Shown: positions 54,067 through 64,000 of the stretch, in pieces
How positions within the stretch are numbered: position 1 is the stretch's first letter
How the letters are laid out: each line of letters starts with the position of its first letter
Source of the DNA: an uncultured Gemmatimonadales bacterium
GTDB lineage: Bacteria > Gemmatimonadota > Gemmatimonadetes > Gemmatimonadales > GWC2-71-9
DNA length: 64,000 bases
NCBI GenBank assembly: GCA_963828735.1
Contig: CAWHFW010000005.1
Span: forward strand, 1,600,001-1,664,000
Reading direction: 5' to 3'
Made by a program: the position numbers and the translations under genes
The notes under the pieces: generated by a model
Databases searched by the model: none
Told to the model about the DNA's origin: nothing
What the model saw: the letters and a program-made list of their open reading frames with translations, nothing else

Positions 54067-54585
54067 ATGTCCGACGCCCGTACAGCCAACCTCCTGGGTG
54101 CCGCCGTCACGGCGCTCAACGACGAGCTGGAGGCCGCCACGGCCTCCGCCGCGGAGCATGGTGCTGCCTTCCCGGCCGCGTTGGTATCGGTGCATTGGGC
54201 ACCGGGGCTCAGCATCGAGCAGTTGCGCCGCATACTGGGCCTCTCGCATAGCGGCACCGTGCGGTTGCTGGATCGGCTCCAGCGGGAGGGCGCGGTGGAA
54301 CGAAAAGCCGGCCAGGACGGCCGCTCGGTGTCCGTGCACCTGACCGCCCAGGGGAGACGACATGTGCGGACGATCCTCCATCGGCGCCGCGCGGTCATGG
54401 GCAGCGCGCTCGAATTGCTGGCCCCGGCGGAACAAGATCAGCTGCGTCGCCTGGTGGAAAAGCTGCTCGCGGGCATGACACGGGACCGTGCACACTCGGA
54501 CCACATCTGCCGCCTGTGTGATGAAGCGGCCTGTCCCATCGCCGCATGCCCGGTGGAGGGCGCGGTTCGGGGGGAGCAGGCCTGA
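54067..54585 (+). CDS. MarR family regulator with a Cys-rich C-terminus
   Basis: LSHSGTVRLLDRL...DGRSV...LT..G; ICRLCD...CP. Confidence 0.9.
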   Translation: MSDARTANLLGAAVTALNDELEAATASAAEHGAAFPAALVSVHWAPGLSIEQLRRILGLSHSGTVRLLDRLQREGAVERKAGQDGRSVSVHLTAQGRRHVRTILHRRRAVMGSALELLAPAEQDQLRRLVEKLLAGMTRDRAHSDHICRLCDEAACPIAACPVEGAVRGEQA

Positions 54586-54971
54586 CTCGGCCAGCGTCAT
54601 TCGACGAGGTAATTATATGTATGCTGCATACTTATATATTCTCCGAGCCTTCGACAGCGCCACCGGCTCCCGTCGAGGGAGGAGTCCAGACCCGGAGCGG
54701 GAGATCGCCGATGGCCGGTGGCCGAGTGCTGCAGTCAACCGGCACGACTCGCCTTCACCAGATCGCCCCGACTCAACGGGAACCGGCGGTCGGCCGGTGA
54801 AGGAAGGGAACCTCGTCGCAAAGCGCCCGGGGCTTCTGGGTGTACCTGGGAGAGCCCGCACTGAGTGACAGCGGGGACTTCCGCAGCGGCCGACGCCCCT
54901 CCGACTCGACGGAACCACCGCCGACCGACCTACCCTCGCGCCGGCCCCCTCCCGCGGGCATCTTAAGTCCG

Positions 54972-57632
<2,661 letters not shown>

Positions 57633-57655
57633 ACTGACGGCCGGTCTCTGACGCC

Positions 57656-57696
57656 CTAAAATCCGTGTGTCGGGTCTTCGATTCCCTCACTGGCCA
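57656..57696 (+). repeat. tRNA-Phe 3' fragment (att copy 5, most degenerate)
   Basis: About five differences from the tRNA. Confidence 0.88.
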
Positions 57697-57729
57697 TTCT
57701 CGAGTCGTGCGAAGATCTGATGCACAGCG

Positions 57730-57758
57730 ACGGCCACCCAGGTTGGGTGGCCGTTTTC
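57730..57758 (+). terminator. GGCCACC hairpin, possibly the original displaced tRNA terminator
   Basis: ACGGCCACC-CAGGTTG-GGTGGCCGT followed by TTT. Confidence 0.7.
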
Positions 57759-57830
57759 GTCTGACGAGGGTCCTGGATCACGACGCATGCACCGCAGTGC
57801 GCGCGAAAGCGCGGCGTCGATCCTAGAGCC

Positions 57831-58349
57831 TCATTGGTTGGGATACAGCTGGACACAAGAGGACACACGCGCACTTTGGGCAGTGAGGATACGGCCGCCG
57901 TTTCGAGTGACCATCCAGGAACACAGCTGCCGAGTGGTCTTACTGGCGACCTGGGAATTGTCGGGCGCGAGTGCAAGCCCGGTGATGCCGTCTCGCACCA
58001 CCACCACGAGGGTGTCGTACTTGCCGCCGACGTCGACGGTGACACGGGTTTGGCCGAGCCGCGCGGACATCGGCGATTCGATGGCGACGGACTGTGCCTT
58101 GCGGAGCCGCAGCCGGGCCTTCGTGCTGTCCTGCGTTCGCCAGGCGACCGCCGTCGTTTGATCGACCTTCCCGTCCTTCCGGGTCACGCGGGCGCGAATC
58201 ACACCCCACGTTGGGCGGTCCAAGCGTGCGGTATCGAGGCCTTGCGGGCGGGCGTCCGTGTAGATCTGCACCCGGACGATCGGGTTCTGGGCTGCCACGG
58301 GACGTGCAGCCAGGGCGAGGAGCGCAAGCAGGCACCAACGGTTAATCAC
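57831..58349 (-). CDS. Secreted Ig-like (Big_2-type) domain protein
   Basis: Purine-rich RBS, signal peptide, VAWRT.D...G.T.VTV pattern. Confidence 0.6.
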   Translation of the reverse strand: MINRWCLLALLALAARPVAAQNPIVRVQIYTDARPQGLDTARLDRPTWGVIRARVTRKDGKVDQTTAVAWRTQDSTKARLRLRKAQSVAIESPMSARLGQTRVTVDVGGKYDTLVVVVRDGITGLALAPDNSQVASKTTRQLCSWMVTRNGGRILTAQSARVSSCVQLYPNQ

Positions 58350-58770
58350 GAGCCACTTCCCTTTCTGGGTCACACACGGCACCGCCCAACAAGGGGCAAT
58401 GGCGGACGTAGCGAATGTTCGCTTCCCGGACCCGGTTGAGAGGCATGTGTCGCGGTGCCCCTTCCGGGTTCCACGCACAAGCCAGGAGCTTCTCAGAATG
58501 GACAGCATGCGGCAGCTCTGGCCGAAAGGCCTGAGCCAGCGTCTTGCTGTTTTATGGGGGAGGTGAGGCCGGGACGAAGTCCGGTCGGCAGGTCGCGATG
58601 GAATGGACACCGGAGAGGCGCCATCTCGTCTTCGCAGCTCGCGACGGCGAGAATCTTCGTGAGGGCGACGCGCGGTGTCAAGGCTCCGCGGGCCGGATCT
58701 CGCGACGTATGCCCAAGTCGCAACAGCCACCCGTTGCTGGGCACCCGGCGCCCTCGTATGATGGGCAACC

Positions 58771-61764
58771 GTGGTCGTATTCATGTTCTCCCTCGCGATG
58801 TCGGTCTGCGTCATCGCCCGCGCCGACACGACGCCCGGTGCCCGGGACGTCGTTCGCCAGGCGATCCATGCGGTGGAGGGCGATAGCGTCGCCCCTCTCC
58901 GCACGGAATGGTCGGCGCGCGTCTCTCGGGACTCGAGCGATCGTGCGGCGTTGCTGGGACTCGCCACCCTGGCAAGGCTCACCTACGACTACCCCGCCGC
59001 AGACCGGCTCTATTCCCGGCTGTTCAACGCCGACTCGCTGCGCCCCGACTCCTACACCGCCTACGCCCGACTCGGCCGCGCCTGGTCCTTCGAAGAGCGC
59101 GGGCAGAGCGACGCCGCGGGCGACGAGTTCGCGCGGGCCCGGGACGTCGCGCATGCGGCGAACGACTCCCCGGCCGAAGCGGAGGCGCTGATCGGGCTCG
59201 CGTTCGCCCGCGGGCCGACCGCTGGCATGACGGCGGCCCGGGCAATCCTCGACACCGCGGGGCGGCTCATTCCGAAATCGGCCCTCGATCTCCAGGCGGA
59301 GCGCGGGTGGCGCCGTGCCATGGTCCGCGCATTGCTCGCCGACTCGGGCGCGACGGCCGAGGCCGTGGCGAGCGTGACGCTCGCCATCCGCTCGGGCGAG
59401 CTCCGGGTCCAGGCCCAGGCCTTCCGTGGGCTCGGGAGGATCCTGGACTGGCGGGGACGCGACGACTCGGCGTTCGCCGCCTTCCGCGAGGCCGAGCGTC
59501 GGTTCCGACAGGCGCGGGACCGGACCTGGTTGGCCGTCACGCTGGCGAACAAAGGGAACTTCCTGCGCAAGCGTGGGGACTTGAGCGAAACGATCGAAGC
59601 GTTTCGACTCTCGGCTGCCGAGGGCGAGCGGTCGCACAATCTCTGGGCGGTCGCGAGCGCGCACACGGCCCTCGGCGTCGTTGCCATGCAGGTCAACGAT
59701 CTCACCGCGGCCGCGGAGCACCTGAATCGGGCGGTCGCCATGTTCGAGGCGCAGGGCGACCGATCGAGTGCGATGAACGCGCGCAAGTTCCTGCCCATGA
59801 TCGCGCTCGCCGATCGTGACTTCACGACCGCGAGACGGCAGACGCTCGAGGCGCTGGCGTTCTACCAGGGAACCGGAGAGACGCTGGACCAGTTCGGGGC
59901 CGACCAGACGCTCGCCACGATCGCGATGCGCGAGCGGAATTGGCCGGCCGCTGCCGACGCGCTTGCGGCAGCCCGGGCGCTCCTGCCGAGGCTCGAGGGA
60001 CCGCGATGGGCCGCTGATCTGGCGTACGACGAGGGGCGCCTCGCCCTCGCCCGTGGCGACCTCGCCGCGGCGGAGCACCTGTTTCAGGGCTATCTCCGCA
60101 CGCTCGACACCATCCAGCATGTCCCGCGGTACGACGTGCGCCTGCGGCTCGCGGACATCTACGCCCGGCGTCGAGACCTCGCGGCCGCGGGGCGCGAGGC
60201 GACGTCAGCCTGGGACGAGCTCGAGCGGTGGCGCGCCACGCTGACCGACCGCGAGCTCAGGTTGCTCGCCTTTCAGGTCGCGGGTAGTGAGAACCAGGTG
60301 TCTCCCGCCAGCGTGAGCGAGCAGCGCGCGAGCGTGGCGCGGGTGCTGGCGGCGCTCGCGACCGGCGGGCGAGCGGCGGACGCGTTCGAGCTCGCGGAAC
60401 GGCGCCGCGCACGAGAGCTCCGGGATCGGATGGCGCGCGCGCAGGTGTTGCGCACGCCCGGGCCCGACGTCGATCAGGCCACGACACCAGGCAAGGCCGC
60501 ACCGGTCTCGGCGGGGAGCATCGCCGCCCTCATCCCCGACCGCCGCACCGCGATCCTGGAGTACGTGACGGGCGGGCTGGGAGCGCCGACTACCCTGTTC
60601 GTGCTGACCCGGCCGAGTTCGGGTGACGTCGCCGTGCGGGCGCGCGTCCTGCCGCCGGCCGACTCGCTCGCCGGCGAGCTCACGCGCTTCCTGGCGCTTC
60701 TGCAGCACGGGGATGATCTCGGGCCGCTTCCGGCCTCGTTCGGCCGCGCGTTGCTCGACCCGGCGCTGGATGACCTCGGTGCCGAGGTCACGCGCCTCAT
60801 CGTGGTCCCGGACGGGCCGCTGCAGCGGGTGCCGTGGGACCTGCTCCGGCTCCCCGACGGGAGGTACGTGGTCGAGCGATTCGCGGTGAGCGTGGCGCCC
60901 TCTGCGGCCATCCTCGCCGCACTCTGGCGCCATCCGAGGCCCGACACCGCCGACCCTGGCCACCCGATGCGAGTCCTCGCCTTCGGCGACCCGGCGTTCG
61001 GCCGAACCACAGCGGGCGGTCCGGCGTTCGCTGATGCGGAGACCGAGCTCCCGCCCGATTCGTCGGGGCGACCCCAGCGTCTTGAGGGCTCCGGCCGCGA
61101 GGCACGGCTCGTGGCGCGCTACAGTTCGGGCGCGGAAGTGCGGCTCCGCGAGGAGGCCAGCGCCTCGTACCTCAAACATGCGCCGCTCGAGCGCTTCCGA
61201 GTCATCCACTTCGCCACGCATGCCGTCGTCGACGAGCGTTCGGTGAGTCGCACGGTGCTGGCGCTGGCCCCCGGCGGCGGCGAGAGCGGCCTGATCGGTC
61301 CGGGCGATCTGGCCGCGCTCAGGCTCGATGCGGACCTCGTCGTGCTCTCCGGATGTCGTACCGCCGGTGGCGTCGTGGTGGAAGGTGAAGGCGTGCAGGG
61401 TCTCACGGCGCCGCTGATCCAGGCGGGGACACGCAGCGTCGTCGCCAGCCAATGGCGCATCGGCGATCGCAGCACCATCGCGTTCATCCAGGATTTCTAC
61501 CAGGCGCTCACGCGGGGCATGCCGGTCGGCGACGCACTCCGCGCGGCGAAGCTCGACGCGCTCCATCGCGGCGCTCCGCCGAGGGAATGGGCGGCATTCA
61601 CGATCGTGGGCGACCCGCTGGTGCACGTCCCGCTCGAGGCGCCATGGCCCAGAGCGTGGCCATCGGTCGTGCTGGCGGTCGTCGCGCTGGCGCTCGGCGC
61701 GGGAAGCATCGTGATTCTGCGCGGCCGCAGGGGAACCGGCGCGACGTCGGCCACTGTTCCGTAG
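58771..61764 (+). CDS. TPR-CHAT (caspase-like) protease
   Basis: TPR helices; IVVPDGPL, IHFATHA, LVVLSGC, SQWRI.D, WAAF; C-terminal hydrophobic helix. Confidence 0.92.
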   Translation: MVVFMFSLAMSVCVIARADTTPGARDVVRQAIHAVEGDSVAPLRTEWSARVSRDSSDRAALLGLATLARLTYDYPAADRLYSRLFNADSLRPDSYTAYARLGRAWSFEERGQSDAAGDEFARARDVAHAANDSPAEAEALIGLAFARGPTAGMTAARAILDTAGRLIPKSALDLQAERGWRRAMVRALLADSGATAEAVASVTLAIRSGELRVQAQAFRGLGRILDWRGRDDSAFAAFREAERRFRQARDRTWLAVTLANKGNFLRKRGDLSETIEAFRLSAAEGERSHNLWAVASAHTALGVVAMQVNDLTAAAEHLNRAVAMFEAQGDRSSAMNARKFLPMIALADRDFTTARRQTLEALAFYQGTGETLDQFGADQTLATIAMRERNWPAAADALAAARALLPRLEGPRWAADLAYDEGRLALARGDLAAAEHLFQGYLRTLDTIQHVPRYDVRLRLADIYARRRDLAAAGREATSAWDELERWRATLTDRELRLLAFQVAGSENQVSPASVSEQRASVARVLAALATGGRAADAFELAERRRARELRDRMARAQVLRTPGPDVDQATTPGKAAPVSAGSIAALIPDRRTAILEYVTGGLGAPTTLFVLTRPSSGDVAVRARVLPPADSLAGELTRFLALLQHGDDLGPLPASFGRALLDPALDDLGAEVTRLIVVPDGPLQRVPWDLLRLPDGRYVVERFAVSVAPSAAILAALWRHPRPDTADPGHPMRVLAFGDPAFGRTTAGGPAFADAETELPPDSSGRPQRLEGSGREARLVARYSSGAEVRLREEASASYLKHAPLERFRVIHFATHAVVDERSVSRTVLALAPGGGESGLIGPGDLAALRLDADLVVLSGCRTAGGVVVEGEGVQGLTAPLIQAGTRSVVASQWRIGDRSTIAFIQDFYQALTRGMPVGDALRAAKLDALHRGAPPREWAAFTIVGDPLVHVPLEAPWPRAWPSVVLAVVALALGAGSIVILRGRRGTGATSATVP

Positions 61765-61847
61765 GGTCCGGGCGGCAAGGCTCCATCGACTCCAGCTAGC
61801 TTGCACACCGGCACGAGCACGTCACTCACTCCGCTGTCCGAGGCCTC

Positions 61848-62945
61848 ATGCACCAGCCGGCGTACGCTCCCGCCCTGGCTGCCGCGGCGATCGTCGACGA
61901 CTTCTTCGCCCGACAGAGCCCCGACCTCGCCCCGGAAGCGAGCCTCGTCGCTGCGGTGGTCGACGCCGCGTTCTGGGCGAGCCTTCGCCGCGAGGAGGGC
62001 CGCTCGCCGCGCGTGTCGCTCGCGATGGTGCCGCCCGAGCGCACGGGCCAGCCGATGACGTTCGAACGTCCCGTGCCGCTCGAGACCGACCTGCTCGTCC
62101 GGCTCAGTCCTGCCGTCGAAGGCCCCGGCATCCACCTCGGCGTCTGGCGCGCCGCCGCCGGCGACCTGCGCATCTGGGGTGCCGTCCGCGAGCTGCCCGA
62201 CTTCTGCCTCGTCGCCGAGGTGGTGGAGCCGGGGCTGCTCGTGCTCAAGTATCAGCGGGAGAAAGACGCGAAGTTCGGAAACCTCGCCGTCCTCCGTGGA
62301 GACCAGCTACGAGTCGTGGAGGAGGGCGACGGAAGCATGCCCGGAAGGCCCGCGCTCCTCGGCGCCCTCCTGGGCTCCGACAACCTCGTTCCCTGGACCG
62401 AGGGCGGCACGCTGCTGACCCAGCTCGCGGTCTCCATGCGCCGTCACGGGCACGGCGCGTCGTTGCTGGTGGTGCCGAGCGGGACGGAGAGCTGGCGTCA
62501 ATCTCTGGCACAGCCGACGAACTACGCGATCGCGCCTCCGTTCACCGGCCTGGCGCGCCTCCTCGGCCGGCGCGAGGAGCCCGGCGTGATCGACGAGATG
62601 GGCGACCTGGTCGACGCGATCGCCGGACTCACCGCGGTGGATGGCGCGGCGATCCTGACTCAGCGCTTCGAGCTGCTGGCGTTCGGGGCGACGATACGTC
62701 GACGCGAGGGACAGCCGCCGATCGAACAGGTGGTCATCACCGAGCCAGTCGTTGGCAACACGCCGTCCCGCGTGAACGCCATCGACCTGGGCGGCACCCG
62801 ACACCTGTCCGCCGCGCAGTTCGTCCACGACCAGCAGGACGCCTTGGCTTTCGTGGCGTCGCAGGACGGGCGGTTCACGGTGTTCGCCTGGTCGCGCAAG
62901 AAGGGAGTCGTGCACGGGCATCGCATCGAGGTGCTGCTGCTCTAG
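61848..62945 (+). CDS. Sensor-domain (DACNV-like) plus DisA_N/diadenylate-cyclase-like protein
   Basis: AFWASL.REEG N-terminal domain; VDGA, GTRHLSA, SQDG motifs. Confidence 0.75.
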   Translation: MHQPAYAPALAAAAIVDDFFARQSPDLAPEASLVAAVVDAAFWASLRREEGRSPRVSLAMVPPERTGQPMTFERPVPLETDLLVRLSPAVEGPGIHLGVWRAAAGDLRIWGAVRELPDFCLVAEVVEPGLLVLKYQREKDAKFGNLAVLRGDQLRVVEEGDGSMPGRPALLGALLGSDNLVPWTEGGTLLTQLAVSMRRHGHGASLLVVPSGTESWRQSLAQPTNYAIAPPFTGLARLLGRREEPGVIDEMGDLVDAIAGLTAVDGAAILTQRFELLAFGATIRRREGQPPIEQVVITEPVVGNTPSRVNAIDLGGTRHLSAAQFVHDQQDALAFVASQDGRFTVFAWSRKKGVVHGHRIEVLLL

Positions 62946-63043
62946 CGGACCGCGCCGTGAGGCAGGGCGCCGGCAGACGCGGCAGATTCATGTGTGGCGG
63001 AACGAATCGAGACATGACATCGAGTGGAAAGGCAGGCTGTGAC

Positions 63044-63682
63044 ATGCCGACGTTCGGCGTGCTGGGATCGGGCGAGGTCGGACAGACGCTCGCGAAAGGA
63101 CTGAAGGACCACGGCTACCAGGTGCGCATCGGCAGCCGGACACCCGCCAAGCTGGCGGACTACTCCAGGCAAACGGGTATCCAGGCGGGGACGTTTGCGG
63201 ACGTGGCCCGCTGGGGCGAAGCGGTCGTGCTCGCGGTCGTGGGGACGGCCGCCGAAGACGCCCTGGCGCAGGTGGGGCGGGACGCATTGCGCGGCAAGCT
63301 CGTCATCGACACGACCAACCCGATCACCGACGAGCCGCCGGAGCAGGGCGTGCTCAAGTACTTCACGGATCTGAACTCGTCGCTCATGGAGCGGCTCCAG
63401 CGCAGCTATCCCGAGGCCCGCTTCGTGAAGGCGTTCAACTGCGTGGGGAGCGCGCGGATGGTGGACCCGGACTTCGGTGGCACGCGGCCGACGATGTTCT
63501 ATTGCGGCGACGACGCGGATGCCAAGGCGACGGTCGCGCGGGTGCTCGATCAGTTCGGCTGGGACATCGAAGATATGGGGGGCGCGATCGGGGCGCGCGC
63601 CATCGAGCCGCTCGCGATGCTGTGGTGCATTCCGGGATTCCTGCGGGACAGCTGGGGACACGCGTTGCATCTGCTGCGGTAA
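63044..63682 (+). CDS. NADPH-dependent F420 reductase-family oxidoreductase
   Basis: GSGEVG, IDTTNP, VKAFN, GDD. Confidence 0.9.
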   Translation: MPTFGVLGSGEVGQTLAKGLKDHGYQVRIGSRTPAKLADYSRQTGIQAGTFADVARWGEAVVLAVVGTAAEDALAQVGRDALRGKLVIDTTNPITDEPPEQGVLKYFTDLNSSLMERLQRSYPEARFVKAFNCVGSARMVDPDFGGTRPTMFYCGDDADAKATVARVLDQFGWDIEDMGGAIGARAIEPLAMLWCIPGFLRDSWGHALHLLR

Positions 63683-63712
63683 CACGCGGCGCGCGGCGAG
63701 GACTTCGGCGGC

Positions 63713-64000
63713 CTACAGCAGGATCACGCCCGCTCGCGCGCCCGCCGCAACCGCCTCCGCGCGAGTCGACACGCCGAGCTTGTGGAACAGCGCGGCCATG
63801 TGCGTCTTGACCGTGTGCCGGGAGATCCCGAGGCGCGCGGCGATCTGCTTGTTCACCAGGCCTTCAGCGAGGAGCGCCAGGATCTGGGCCTCGCGCGTGC
63901 TCAGCGGCTCGGGGGGAGCGATGGCGCGGGCCGCGATGCCCGGCATGGCCTCGGCGAGCGCATCGGGCGGCAGAACCACCAGGCCCGCCGCCGCGGCCTC
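63713..64000 (-). CDS. LuxR/NarL-family regulator, 5' end outside the window
   Basis: LSTREAQIL...NKQIA..LGIS.HTVKTH. Confidence 0.9.
   Translation of the reverse strand, partial: EAAAAGLVVLPPDALAEAMPGIAARAIAPPEPLSTREAQILALLAEGLVNKQIAARLGISRHTVKTHMAALFHKLGVSTRAEAVAAGARAGVILL

Overview
High-GC bacterial chromosome segment. Gene content and kinase style suggest Gemmatimonadota, but that is inference. The left part (1-38.4 kb) is core genome around the replication origin: mtgA, dnaN, a candidate oriC, dnaA, rpmH-rnpA-yidD-yidC, mnmE, ddl, cystathionine beta-synthase, mutS, a sigma54 two-component locus, holA, upp and a TetR-RND efflux operon. At 38442 there is an intact tRNA-Phe(GAA). It is followed by about 19 kb in which the 42-nt 3' part of that tRNA, starting at the anticodon loop, recurs five more times in direct orientation. 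The copies become more degenerate with distance and split the DNA into five cargo modules of 1.7-8.3 kb. The module ends carry tandem arm-site-like repeats, an IHF consensus and a shared terminator-like hairpin, but I found no integrase in the window. This looks like an integrase-less, tRNA-anchored cassette/accretion array and is the main finding. Cargo includes an AT-rich isochorismatase, a histone-H1-like repeat protein, a HicB-DUF983 fusion, two Ser/Thr kinases, a TonB-dependent receptor, a GH20 hexosaminidase and MarR. The right end encodes an apparently exported TPR-CHAT protease and a DisA/DAC-like protein. Several single-base frameshifts may be sequencing errors. All annotations come from reading the sequence and recognising motifs; no searches were run.
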